From the NCBI GenBank assembly GCA_045546075.1, contig JAZQCF010000004.1, forward strand, positions 104,661 through 168,660: a DNA stretch of 64,000 nucleotides. Direction: 5' to 3'. The notes under the pieces are model-generated. The model made no database searches, was not told the DNA's origin, and saw only the letters and a list, made by a program, of their open reading frames with translations. The translations under genes and the position numbers were made by a program. Below are positions 40,098-50,193 of this stretch, piece after piece; position 1 is the first letter of the stretch; each line of letters starts with the position of its first letter. This DNA comes from Candidatus Enterousia sp. GTDB lineage: Bacteria > Pseudomonadota > Alphaproteobacteria > Rs-D84.

Positions 40098-42953
40098 TTA
40101 CATTTTATGCTGGTCATCTGGTTTAGTGCTGTTTTCAATATCCTGCACTGCACTCATTGCACCAACCACTTTTGTCCCTTCAAACAATGATTGTTGTGTC
40201 ACCCGCCGCTTCTGAGTAAATCCTGCTTTCTCTGCAAATCTCTGTTTTTTGCTTTTATGGATACACATGATTGTACGACCCCGAATATTCATAAAGCGTA
40301 TAAACCCTTCAAATTCAGGATCATGTTCCAATTCGGTCAGAGCGGTATTGATATTAACAAGTGTATTGCTTGGGAAAAACTCATCTTTTGCTAATTCGTT
40401 AGCTGAAAGCCATTCATCTGTTTTGATAGGATACGTTCTAAATCCAGCCCGTTCTGCAAACAACTGTTTTTTGCTGACATGCAAACATTTGACAACTTGG
40501 CTACCAGTTCTCATGTCCTGTATAAATCCTTTAAGTTCTGGATCGTATTCCAACTCGTTCAAAGCCGCGTTAATTATGTTGGGGGTGTTTCTTGGGAAAT
40601 CTTTGTCTTTAGCCAAATCAACAGCAGATAACCATTCTGCAGTTTTCCAAGGATACACCTTAAATCCTGCTTTTTCTGCAAACAACTGTTTTTTGCTAAC
40701 ATGCAAACATTTGACAACTTGGCTACCACTTCTCATGTCCTGTATAAATCCTTTAAATTCTGGATCGTATTCCAACTCGTTCAAAGCCGCGTTAATTATG
40801 TTGGGGGAGTTCCTTGGGAAATCTTGGTCTCTAGCTAAATCAATAGCTGCTAACCATTCAGGTGTCTTGATTGGATACGTTTTAAACCCAGCTCGCTCTG
40901 CAAATCTTTGTTTTTTGCTAATATGTATGCACTTGCAAATTTTCCCACTTGTTTTCATTTCTTGTATAAATCCCTCAAATTCCGGATCGTGTTCCAATTC
41001 GGTCAAAGCGGTATTGATCTTAACAAACGTATTGCTTGGAAAATTCTCATCTTTTGCCAAATCTGTAGCGGACAACCATTCATCTGTTTTAGGTGGATAT
41101 GCTTTAAATCCAGCTCTTTCTGCAAATCTTTGTTTTTTACTAATGTGTATACATTTACAAACCATTCCTCCACCAGTCTTCATATCCAGTATAAATCCCT
41201 CAAATTCCGGATCGTGTTCCAAATCAACTAAGGCTGTGTTGATTTTTGTTGGATATCCACTTGGAAAATTGTCGTCTTTTGCCAATTCCTTAGCAGACAA
41301 CCATTCATCAGTTTTGGGTGGATAGTACTTAAAACCCGCTTTTTCTGCAAATCTTTGTTTTTTGCTAACATGTATACACTTAACAATCTGACCGCCTCTG
41401 GTTTTCATTTCTTGAATAAACCCTTTGAATTCGGGATCTAGTTGATTTTTTATCAATGCGTCCGCGATATTGTGATAACTGCCACTTGGAAACTCTTTGT
41501 CATTTACCAAATCTATAACGGATAACCATTCATCCGTTTTTTCGGGAATAAACTCGTCTGCTATGCGTTCTTCGGTTCGACGATTCAATTCGATTAGGGT
41601 TGCACTATCCGTAATCAAGTCGAAATCCACAAATTCGACATTGCCATGAGTGCGTGTACCTATGTTAGTTTTATCACGTTGAAAATCCTTGGGGTATAAA
41701 ACGATATTTCCTTCGGCTATATCCTTGAATAACACTTGATGCGAATTCGATGCGGTGTATAAAATTTCTTCGGGCGCTTCATTTTTTGTAGCACGAAATA
41801 TAGTATCCAAAACAAATGCAATTTTATCGGGGTTATCTTCATCCAATCGTATTGCTCGACCGGCGGTCTGTTCCGCTTTGACCCGCGAACGTGTCGGATA
41901 ATTTATACACATAGAAACCGTTACATCATCAAACCCTTCGGTCAAGGTGCCAACCTGACATGCAACAGTGTATCTGCCAGATTTAAATTCGCCTTTTAAA
42001 CGATCATATTCTTTGTCGCTAATTCCAACTTTGTGCAAAGATATTGCAACATCACGTCCCATAATTTCATTTATTTTTGCTGCTTGTAAATTCGCAATTG
42101 CCGCATTTGGACAGTTTATTATTGCTTTTAGGGTATTAAACCTTGTTCCTGTTTCTTTATCAAAACCATCCGCATAAATACGCGCGATTTCCGTTGCCAG
42201 TGTTTCTGGGCTGATTTTTGTCGTTATTTTTTCATAATCGTAATCGCCGGTACTTGTTGCGGGTACCGAAGACAAATCACAAACAATACTTGAACGATAA
42301 AGGATGTTTTTCACTGGGCTCAACACACCTCTATCTACAGCGTCTGGGATATTCATAGCGTATATTTCAGTATTTAACATATTCGCAACTGCACGATTTG
42401 CTTCATATTTTGGCGTGGCGGTAAAACCTATAATTGGAACAAATTTATTATAAAAAGTTAACCGTTCAGAAATCTTTTCGCCAAGCATATGATGCGCCTC
42501 GTCCGCAAAAATTAGTCCCACATCGTTAAAATCTACAACGCCGAATAATTTTCCCAATGAATTATAGGTTGTAATAACAACATCACTATTGATATTCTTT
42601 TTTTGTCCGCTGTATTCTGTTGCGGTAATGTTTGCAAATTTGCGTAATTTTTCCTTGGTCTGGTCTATCAAGGCCAGGCGTGGTACAATGATGATGATCT
42701 TCTGGCGTTTCGCACCAGTTGCAATAAGCGCATCAAAATAAGCACGTGCCATACGCGCAAACATAACCGTTTTACCATAGCCAGTTGGCAATTTAAAATA
42801 ACTATGTGCTATTTGTTCGTCTGTAAATTTGTCGGACACAAGTTCACGAAAAACCTCAAGTTTTTGCTTGTCACGCCACGTGGACCAGGCATCCGCATCG
42901 GCTATCTGCCTGGCAAGACCCGTACGTAAAAGTTCCACATCTGTTGTATCCAT
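40098..42953 (-). CDS. SF2 DEAH-box helicase (ResIII/Irc3-like) with six C-terminal ~74-aa tandem repeats
   Basis: LPTGYGKT, DEAH, TAT, LTEGFD, QTAGRAIR motifs; repeats P.KT.EWL...KKQ.FAE.AGF. Confidence 0.9.
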   Translation of the reverse strand: MDTTDVELLRTGLARQIADADAWSTWRDKQKLEVFRELVSDKFTDEQIAHSYFKLPTGYGKTVMFARMARAYFDALIATGAKRQKIIIIVPRLALIDQTKEKLRKFANITATEYSGQKKNINSDVVITTYNSLGKLFGVVDFNDVGLIFADEAHHMLGEKISERLTFYNKFVPIIGFTATPKYEANRAVANMLNTEIYAMNIPDAVDRGVLSPVKNILYRSSIVCDLSSVPATSTGDYDYEKITTKISPETLATEIARIYADGFDKETGTRFNTLKAIINCPNAAIANLQAAKINEIMGRDVAISLHKVGISDKEYDRLKGEFKSGRYTVACQVGTLTEGFDDVTVSMCINYPTRSRVKAEQTAGRAIRLDEDNPDKIAFVLDTIFRATKNEAPEEILYTASNSHQVLFKDIAEGNIVLYPKDFQRDKTNIGTRTHGNVEFVDFDLITDSATLIELNRRTEERIADEFIPEKTDEWLSVIDLVNDKEFPSGSYHNIADALIKNQLDPEFKGFIQEMKTRGGQIVKCIHVSKKQRFAEKAGFKYYPPKTDEWLSAKELAKDDNFPSGYPTKINTALVDLEHDPEFEGFILDMKTGGGMVCKCIHISKKQRFAERAGFKAYPPKTDEWLSATDLAKDENFPSNTFVKINTALTELEHDPEFEGFIQEMKTSGKICKCIHISKKQRFAERAGFKTYPIKTPEWLAAIDLARDQDFPRNSPNIINAALNELEYDPEFKGFIQDMRSGSQVVKCLHVSKKQLFAEKAGFKVYPWKTAEWLSAVDLAKDKDFPRNTPNIINAALNELEYDPELKGFIQDMRTGSQVVKCLHVSKKQLFAERAGFRTYPIKTDEWLSANELAKDEFFPSNTLVNINTALTELEHDPEFEGFIRFMNIRGRTIMCIHKSKKQRFAEKAGFTQKRRVTQQSLFEGTKVVGAMSAVQDIENSTKPDDQHKM
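40209..41546 (-). repeat. Six intragenic tandem repeats of 222-225 bp (75,75,74,74,74,74 aa)
   Basis: Direct reading of the translated repeats; units 4 and 5 nearly identical. Confidence 0.95.
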
Positions 42954-43143
42954 ATTTAGACCTATCTTACGAATTGCATTGTACCACAAAAATCTAATAA
43001 AAACACCTTAATTTTTTTCCAAAAACTGCGATAAATCTTTGATTTCGTTGGTTCGTGAATCACACAGATGGCCCTGCCATAAAAATTAAATTCGGTCTTG
43101 GCCGGATTTTTTTATCATGCGAACAGGGAATTTAATATATTCT

Positions 43144-43542
43144 TTATTGCAACAGTTCGCGGGCCTGGGTCAACAGACCGATTGCCAAATCAACCTTGGT
43201 CGTGTCCAATGAAGACATTACCGGCAACACATCGTCATCCGCGTTATCGTGCGTTGTGGCGCGTGAAACACGGGCACTTGGCACAACCGCATCCAATGTG
43301 GTAAAATCACCACTGTGAATCAATTTTTTAACACCGGCGATGGTCATTCCACGGTTATACAATAAATCCTGAATTGTTTTCAGGCGCGCAACCGTTTCGG
43401 CACGATAATATCGCCGACCGCCCGCGCCCGCCACCGGGCGCACCACAGTTGGAAATTGTTTTTCCCAATACCGCAACGTGTACGCCGGCAGCCCCAATTC
43501 ACGTGATACTTCATTTATTGATGCAAAGTATTCTTTATTCAT
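43144..43542 (-). CDS. MerR-family transcriptional regulator
   Basis: [19 protein letters not shown]...GGRRYYR...LLY..GMTIAGV; start overlaps the gyrA stop. Confidence 0.92.
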   Translation of the reverse strand: MNKEYFASINEVSRELGLPAYTLRYWEKQFPTVVRPVAGAGGRRYYRAETVARLKTIQDLLYNRGMTIAGVKKLIHSGDFTTLDAVVPSARVSRATTHDNADDDVLPVMSSLDTTKVDLAIGLLTQARELLQ

Positions 43543-46267
43543 TGTTTTCCGTTGGTTCATTTGATTCGTCTGTATCATCGGCATCAATAGAAATCGCCGA
43601 CATAACGCGTTCGTTTTCCGCCGTGCGGAACAGTGTTACGCCCGCGGTACTGCGCCCGGCAATACGAATATCCGCCGCCGGCGTGCGGATGATTTTTCCG
43701 CCATTTGTCACCATAATAATATCGTTGTCTGCGTTCACCGGGAACGAACCCGCAACCGCGGTATTTTTACCGCCCAATTTAATATTGGCAAATCCGCCAC
43801 CGCCACGATGCGTCAAACGATATTCATACGAAGATGTCCGTTTGCCAAACCCGTTTTCAGAAATGGTAAGGATGAATTCTTCTTTTTTCGCCATTTCCGC
43901 CATTTTCGCATCATCCAGAACAAGCGTTGTTGTTTCTTCTTCGGCATCTGCCTCTTCTTCTATGCCGGTTGCGGCACGGCGCGCGGCGCGCGATTGTTTA
44001 ACATATGCCGCACGAACCGCGGAATCGCTTTCACCGTGATTCAACATAGACATACCGATAATGCGGTCGTCTTTTGACAATGTGATTCCGCGCACGCCGG
44101 TTGAATTACGTCCCGCAAAGACACGAATTTCCGGCACCGGGAAACGAATTGCACGGCCACGATATGTCGCCAAGAATACGTCTTGGTTTTCATTACACGG
44201 CAACACAGAAACCAGGCTGTCGCCTTCGTCCAACTTCATCGCGATTTTTCCGTTTGCGCGAATCGAATCAAAATCACTCATACGATTACGACGCACGGTC
44301 CCAGATGCGGTAACAAACATAAGGAAATGTTCCATTCCAGAATTTTGAATTGCCGCGACATCTTCTTCGGGAACGGGCAAAATCGCGGTAATCGTTTCAC
44401 CATCCGCCAACGGCAACAGGTTCACCAACGGCCGTCCCTTGGCCGCGGCGGCGGCTTCGGGTAATTTATATGTTTTTAATTTATAACATAAACCCTTGCT
44501 TGAAAAGAACAACAGTGGCGTATGCGTGTTCGCAACAAAAACCTGGACCACATAGTCGTCGTCTTTGGTTGTCATTGCGTTGCGGCCCTTGCCACCGCGT
44601 TTTTGCGCGCGGTATGTATCCAACGATACGCGTTTGATATAACCGGTATTTGAAACGGTTACAACCATATCTTCGCGCGCGATTAAATCTTCAATATCTA
44701 TATCGATTTCCGCATCAGAAATTTCGGTCCGGCGCGGCGATGCCCAATTATCACGCACCGCGGTTGTTTCATCGCGAATAATTTGAATTATGCGTTCGTG
44801 CGATGCCAATATATCCAACAGGTCACGAATTTGCGCGCCCAATTCCACCAAGTCCGCGTGTAGTTTATCGCGTTCCAACCCGGTCAATCGATGCAGTTGC
44901 AATTCCAAAATCGCACGCGCCTGGTCTTCACTCATATAAAACATACCGTCTTTGTATTCCGTGTTCGGGTCATCAATCAATTTGATATAGTTTTCAATAT
45001 CGTTTGCACGCCATCCACGTGAAACCAATGCGATGCGCGCCTCTTCTGGATTGGCGGATGATTTAATCAGTTCGATTACTTCGTCCAAATTTCCAACCGC
45101 AACGGACAATCCCAACAAAGTATGCGCACGATTACGCGCCTTGTTCAAATCAAAAATTGTTCTGCGGCGAATAACTTCTTCGCGGAATTCGATAAACGCA
45201 TCCAGCACCCCGCGCACGTTGAACAGCATTGGCCGGCCGCGATTCAGCGCCATCATATTTACCGGGAAATTCGTCTGCATTTCCGTATATTGGAACAGAT
45301 GGTTCAACACCACATCTGCAATCGCATCACGCTTTAATTCAATAACAATGCGCAGACCTTCCTTGGACGATTCATCGCGAATTTCACTGATACCTTCGAT
45401 TTTTTTATCTTTGGCCAATTCTGCGATTTTTATAATCATCTGGGCCTTGTTAACCTGGTACGGGATTTCATCAACAATAATTGCATCATGGTCATGGAAT
45501 TTTTCCATATGCGTTTTTGCACGCACAATAATTGAACCGCGGCCCGTTGTGTGCGCTTTATACGCGCCGGCGCGCCCCATAATAACCGCACCCGTCGGGA
45601 AATCCGGTCCCGGAATAATTTGGAACAATTCATCATCGGTCAATTCCCGATTGTCCAGAACCGCCAAAATACCATTACAAATTTCACCCAAATTATATGT
45701 TGGAACATTTGTCGCCATACCAACGGCGATACCCGAACCACCGTTCACCAAGAAATTCGGGAACTTGGTCGGCAACACAACCGGTTCTTGGAGTGTCCCA
45801 TCAAAGTTCGGTTGCCAATCAACCGTATCTTTGTCCATATCTTCCATCAAGGACGCACCCAGTTTGGAAAGTCGTGCCTCGGTATAACGCATGGCCGCCG
45901 CTTTATCCCCGTCACGCGAACCAAAGTTACCCTGGCCTTGGACCAACATTTCGCCCATGGAAAAATCCTGGCCCATACGAACCATAGCCTCGTAAATAGA
46001 ACTGTCGCCGTGGGGGTGGTATTTACCCATAACATCACCGACAATACGCGCAGATTTAACCGTCGGTTTATTTGCCGGCGCAACATCGTTCATAACGTAT
46101 AAAATGCGGCGATGCACCGGTTTACAACCGTCGCGCACATCCGGCAACGCACGATCAACAATAACCGACATCGCATAGTCCAAAAACGATGTTCGCATTT
46201 CGTGTTCGATTGACGATTGCGGAACCTTAATCGGGTTTACTTCATTTGTATTTTCTATTTCTGACAT
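43535..46267 (-). CDS. gyrA: DNA gyrase subunit A
   Basis: [26 protein letters not shown], GyrA box QKRGGKG. Confidence 0.98.
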   Translation of the reverse strand: MSEIENTNEVNPIKVPQSSIEHEMRTSFLDYAMSVIVDRALPDVRDGCKPVHRRILYVMNDVAPANKPTVKSARIVGDVMGKYHPHGDSSIYEAMVRMGQDFSMGEMLVQGQGNFGSRDGDKAAAMRYTEARLSKLGASLMEDMDKDTVDWQPNFDGTLQEPVVLPTKFPNFLVNGGSGIAVGMATNVPTYNLGEICNGILAVLDNRELTDDELFQIIPGPDFPTGAVIMGRAGAYKAHTTGRGSIIVRAKTHMEKFHDHDAIIVDEIPYQVNKAQMIIKIAELAKDKKIEGISEIRDESSKEGLRIVIELKRDAIADVVLNHLFQYTEMQTNFPVNMMALNRGRPMLFNVRGVLDAFIEFREEVIRRRTIFDLNKARNRAHTLLGLSVAVGNLDEVIELIKSSANPEEARIALVSRGWRANDIENYIKLIDDPNTEYKDGMFYMSEDQARAILELQLHRLTGLERDKLHADLVELGAQIRDLLDILASHERIIQIIRDETTAVRDNWASPRRTEISDAEIDIDIEDLIAREDMVVTVSNTGYIKRVSLDTYRAQKRGGKGRNAMTTKDDDYVVQVFVANTHTPLLFFSSKGLCYKLKTYKLPEAAAAAKGRPLVNLLPLADGETITAILPVPEEDVAAIQNSGMEHFLMFVTASGTVRRNRMSDFDSIRANGKIAMKLDEGDSLVSVLPCNENQDVFLATYRGRAIRFPVPEIRVFAGRNSTGVRGITLSKDDRIIGMSMLNHGESDSAVRAAYVKQSRAARRAATGIEEEADAEEETTTLVLDDAKMAEMAKKEEFILTISENGFGKRTSSYEYRLTHRGGGGFANIKLGGKNTAVAGSFPVNADNDIIMVTNGGKIIRTPAADIRIAGRSTAGVTLFRTAENERVMSAISIDADDTDESNEPTENNE

Positions 46268-46431
46268 AACTTCAATTTCCCCTTGGTTTATAACAAGAAA
46301 ACAATAGCAAATTTTTACCCCGTGGGTCAAGGAATAAACCAAAAAAATCACCAAAAAGTTGCATCATAAAAACATTGACAAATTGTATAGTTTGTGGTTA
46401 AATACACCCCAAAGATAAAAAAGGGCACATT

Positions 46432-46533
46432 ATGAAATTATTTTTACCATTTTGGAATTTGTTTGCGGCATTGTTTGTATATCATTTGATATTATTGGCA
46501 CTGCAAAAGCTGGGATTAATAAAAAGTAAATAA
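46432..46533 (+). CDS. Putative 33-aa single-TM small protein (not in ORF track)
   Basis: MKLFLPFWNLFAALFVYHLILLALQKLGLIKSK; preceded by TTGACA (46375) and AAGGG RBS. Confidence 0.45.
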   Translation: MKLFLPFWNLFAALFVYHLILLALQKLGLIKSK

Positions 46534-46588
46534 AATAGTTGCGTTTTGATAAAACTTATGATTAAATATACGCACAAAAGGATTTGAA

Positions 46589-46741
46589 ATGGCAACAAAA
46601 AGAACATATCAACCGTCAAAAACACGCCGTATTCGTACGCATGGATTCCGCGCACGCATGGCAACCAAGGGCGGACGCGACGTATTAAATCGTCGTCGCA
46701 GTGCGGGCCGTAAACGTATTGCGGTAACCGCGGCAAATTAA
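46589..46741 (+). CDS. rpmH: 50S ribosomal protein L34 (not in ORF track)
   Basis: Manual translation [46 protein letters not shown]. Confidence 0.97.
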   Translation: MATKRTYQPSKTRRIRTHGFRARMATKGGRDVLNRRRSAGRKRIAVTAAN

Positions 46742-46764
46742 AAAATCGCCAAATGGCGATTTTT

Positions 46765-46953
46765 TTAGTGGTTAATGTAAATAAGAAGTGGTATCTGGGA
46801 TTTTTTTGTTCTCGTCGCGGTCCAGGTACTCCTCTGGCCAGAGGAGTACCCGCAGGGGGAGGTGTCGCCAATAATAAAATGAAGGCAAGCGACACCCCGC
46901 CGGGTGTTACCCGGCACCCCTCTGGCCAGAGGGGAATTTTCACTAACCACTAA
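46765..46953. repeat. Composite palindromic element bounded by inverted TTAGTGG heptamers
   Basis: 26-bp perfect palindrome GGTACTCCTCTGGCCAGAGGAGTACC (46825-46850) and CCCCTCTGGCCAGAGGGG (46917-46934) inside TTAGTGGTTA...TAACCACTAA. Confidence 0.8.
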
Positions 46954-47006
46954 ATAAAAATGCCGCGCGGAGGAAATGCGCGGCAAATACTTTGTTATTG
47001 AAACAA

Positions 47007-47651
47007 TTAATTTTGATTCCCTGCGGGTGCCGGTTCGACACAATTGATTGTTATCAAGTCACATACTGCGGTTCCATCACTGGATGCACATGTGTGCTTG
47101 CAAGCTGCCAAATTTGTGACCTGGGTTTGAACGGTATTGATTGCATCGTAAACCGCTTTTTCGTTTGGTGCGGTTGTGGTGCTGCTGCTGCTTACCGTTG
47201 CGGCAGACGAAACCTTGCCATCAACATATGTTTTCACACCACCGGACGTGACCGGATTATTTGAAGAAGCCGTTGGGGTTGCATCCATTGTCTCGGCAAC
47301 CCATGTTGTCCCATTATGTTGCAGAATTTGATTTTGGGTTCCGGTTGGTAAAATACCAGATGTACTGTTATTTATTTGTGCCATAACCGCGCCCATCGTT
47401 GGAATATCACCCGCATTATTTGTTGAATTATAATCGCCTACGGTTGTGCTGCTAAACACGGCTTTGGACGAAAACACCGCCCCGCCATTTGTATCTTGGC
47501 CATTATATGTCGCGACAGAACCCGTTGTTGCCGGCGTAATTTTTGCCTGACGTGTTGTATCTACGTATGTTTTGGATGTAACGATTGTATCCGCGGTTGC
47601 ACCAAGTGACGTTAATGCCGCCGCCAATGCGATAAATGCTATTTTTTTCAT
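47007..47651 (-). CDS. Secreted fibre/adhesin-like protein (214 aa), VTSKxYVD family
   Basis: Signal peptide MKKIAF, VTSKTYVD, IPTMGAV, DATPTASSNNPVTSGGV and STTTAPNEKAVYDA tail-fibre-like motifs, Cys-rich tip; RBS GGAAGGGG. Confidence 0.75.
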   Translation of the reverse strand: MKKIAFIALAAALTSLGATADTIVTSKTYVDTTRQAKITPATTGSVATYNGQDTNGGAVFSSKAVFSSTTVGDYNSTNNAGDIPTMGAVMAQINNSTSGILPTGTQNQILQHNGTTWVAETMDATPTASSNNPVTSGGVKTYVDGKVSSAATVSSSSTTTAPNEKAVYDAINTVQTQVTNLAACKHTCASSDGTAVCDLITINCVEPAPAGNQN

Positions 47652-47659
47652 GCTTGTTT

Positions 47660-47905
47660 CCCCCTTCCTGTGGAATTTGTTATGTTGTGTTCGAATCAAA
47701 TCTGGAAGGTGTGTGTCGGGGCGTTGAGGAATCATACAAGCAAATGACTCCGAATGTCTTCAAATATACACATTCGGCACCCCGACCCCGTAACGGGAAA
47801 ACATCGGGCGACACATCACACAAAACAGAAATTGTTGTATGCGTTGTGCCGTGCCTGTTTGGAATCCCTTCACAATCCCAAACCCAACAACTTCGATTGG
47901 ATTCA
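47660..47905 (-). ncRNA. Putative structured 5' leader / cis-regulatory RNA
   Basis: Multiple nested stems between promoter TTGTGT-17-TATCAT (47940-47912) and ATG 47651. Confidence 0.5.
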
Positions 47906-47979
47906 TTGTTTATGATAACAGGTTTATAAAAATAACACAAGCGTTATTTTCAAATTATTTTTTGCCGGATTTCCGCGCG

Positions 47980-49050
47980 TTACGACAATACTGTATTTGA
48001 TATCATATCAACCGCATCGTTTTTCACCAACGATTTTTTTGCCATTTTTTCCAAACGCGTTGGGTTATCAAATAATTCGGTCAATGTTGCCGTTAACCAC
48101 TTTGGGGTAAATTTATCCTGGGGAACGGAAAATCCACCGCCCAATTTTTCAAAGTTTGCCGCATTTGCCGCCTGGTCCGGATTGATTGACAATGGCACCA
48201 ATATCGCCGGGCGACCGATTGTGGTCAATTCTATAACCGTGCTGGCCCCGCTGCGCCCGATGACAAGGTCTGCATCCGCAATTGCGCCCGCCATATCACG
48301 AATAAAAGACAATACGTTTGCGTGAATTTTATTATCCGCATAAAACTTTTGCAATTTTGCAACGTTTTCTGGGCGCGTTTGATGCGTTATAAAAATCTTT
48401 TTATTTTTCATATCACGAACCGCGATTGGCACAACATCATCCAAAATCTGGGCACCCAACGAACCACCCGTTACCAACAAATGCATTTTTTCCGGCAATT
48501 TTGCACCCGCGTGTTCAATAAAATCGTGTCGTACCGGCAAACCGGTATAGACCACACGCGCACCAGAATTTTTTGGGATGCCGGAAACGGTCTTGAAACT
48601 TGTCATCAATGTTTTAACCCAACGCATCGCGAACCGATTGGCGCGGCCAATCGCACCATTTTGTTCGTGCAGGTATGTCGGCACGCCCCAAATGTGCGCC
48701 GCAAAAACCGCCGGTACAGATGCATATCCACCAAACGCGACAACACGGTCCGGGCGCGAAAACATAAACCTTAAAATTAACGCAACAGACGACACACCAA
48801 TTTTGAACAATGCAACAATTTGATGAACGCGACCCTTGCCACCAACACCCGATGCCCATATGTGAACACGGCGTGCACCCACGGGCGCGCCATCCGCCAC
48901 CATTTTTTTCACACGCCCATCGCACGACACGATTATTTTGTGTCCGCGCGCCGCCAATTCGGTTGCGACCGCCAAAGCCGGAAATACGTGTCCGCCCGTT
49001 CCACCCGTTGCAATCCATATTTTCATTTTAGACCCCATTTTTATTTCCAT
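47980..49050 (-). CDS. murG: MurG glycosyltransferase
   Basis: GGTGGHVFPA, FGGYAS, HEQN...GRAN, GGSLGA, RSGASTV.E. Confidence 0.96.
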   Translation of the reverse strand: MEIKMGSKMKIWIATGGTGGHVFPALAVATELAARGHKIIVSCDGRVKKMVADGAPVGARRVHIWASGVGGKGRVHQIVALFKIGVSSVALILRFMFSRPDRVVAFGGYASVPAVFAAHIWGVPTYLHEQNGAIGRANRFAMRWVKTLMTSFKTVSGIPKNSGARVVYTGLPVRHDFIEHAGAKLPEKMHLLVTGGSLGAQILDDVVPIAVRDMKNKKIFITHQTRPENVAKLQKFYADNKIHANVLSFIRDMAGAIADADLVIGRSGASTVIELTTIGRPAILVPLSINPDQAANAANFEKLGGGFSVPQDKFTPKWLTATLTELFDNPTRLEKMAKKSLVKNDAVDMISNTVLS

Positions 49051-50180
49051 TTATCTTCGCGAACAATCGCCAACACCATACCGAACAACAGGCAAAATCC
49101 AATCAGCGAACTGCCGCCGTATGATATAAACGGTAATGTCATACCCTTGGGCGCGAACAAATGCAATGTCGATATTAAATTTATACACGCCTGAATCCCG
49201 AACAATGCCGCCGTACCACCAACCGCATAGAACACAAACCGGTCACGTGCATTTAGCGCATCGGTTACCAACAACTTTAATACATACACCAACAGGCACA
49301 ATAACAAACACGCCATTATTGCACCCAAATCTTCCACAATCGCCGCATAAATAAAATCTGTGTGCGCGTCGGGCAAAGATTGTTTAATAAACGCGTCATC
49401 ACCACGCCCGAACAGGCCACCATGCTGAATCGATTGAACCGATTGGGTAACCTGGTAAGTGTCACCGGTGCCCGTCAGCATTGATTCTATACGATTATGC
49501 ACGTGCGACATCGTATGATATGCAAATACCAATATGCCGGCACCCGCCGCAATCAGGCCCGCAAATATTGACCACGGCAGACCCGCAATCACCAACATTG
49601 CAACCAACACCCCAAGGTATAATAACGATGTTCCAACATCGGGATGCTGTAAAATAACAACCAACACCGGTACAAAAATTGCAATATATGTCCACCAAGA
49701 AAACCAATGAATTTTCCACGCGGGCCGAACCGTAAACATCTTTTCACCGAAACGCCGACGCATTTCGGCCAAGAACCACGCGGTTAACATAATGAATCCA
49801 GGTTTCATAATATCCGATGGCAAAACGTTCACCGGCCCCAAAGATACAAATCGCGCAGAACCCTTGATTATGTGTGGCGACACAACCGTTACCGCCAACA
49901 ATAACAACCCAATCGTCACATCGGCAATCGACAAACCCAGAATCATTTTTTTATTCAACAAACTGGTTATAAACAGCGTCGCAATCCCAAAGATATAAAA
50001 TGGAAAGGCCTTGGCAATAAAGAAATACCACGGTTGATTTATACGCTCGGCGGCGACACTGCCTGCGGAAACGGCAAAGCACATACCAATCGCAATCATC
50101 AACAGAACCATATACAGTAACCGTCTGTCGATTTCAAAAAACCAACTGGTCAGTTTGCTTTCTTCCGTGCGTTTGAACAT
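49041..50180 (-). CDS. ftsW: Peptidoglycan polymerase FtsW
   Basis: Multi-TM, LPDAHTDFI, KGMTLPFISYGGSS; between mraY and murG. Confidence 0.94.
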   Translation of the reverse strand: MFKRTEESKLTSWFFEIDRRLLYMVLLMIAIGMCFAVSAGSVAAERINQPWYFFIAKAFPFYIFGIATLFITSLLNKKMILGLSIADVTIGLLLLAVTVVSPHIIKGSARFVSLGPVNVLPSDIMKPGFIMLTAWFLAEMRRRFGEKMFTVRPAWKIHWFSWWTYIAIFVPVLVVILQHPDVGTSLLYLGVLVAMLVIAGLPWSIFAGLIAAGAGILVFAYHTMSHVHNRIESMLTGTGDTYQVTQSVQSIQHGGLFGRGDDAFIKQSLPDAHTDFIYAAIVEDLGAIMACLLLCLLVYVLKLLVTDALNARDRFVFYAVGGTAALFGIQACINLISTLHLFAPKGMTLPFISYGGSSLIGFCLLFGMVLAIVREDKWK

Positions 50181-50193
50181 TTAACCCGCCCCC

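Larger units (their letters stand above)
39771..43096. mobile_element. tRNA-Glu-associated genomic islet without integrase
   Basis: Identical 23-bp direct repeats CTGCCATAAAAATTAAATTCGGT at 39771-39793 and 43074-43096; extra 19-bp tRNA 3' copy at 39936-39954. Confidence 0.65.

Noticed and set aside
40249-41325. 358-aa repetitive plus-strand ORF
   Set aside because: Antisense shadow of the helicase repeat array; no RBS or independent motif
47652-47735. N-terminal extension of the fibre ORF and overlapping short ORFs 47636-47940
   Set aside because: Strong RBS and signal peptide at ATG 47651; the region is better explained as a structured leader
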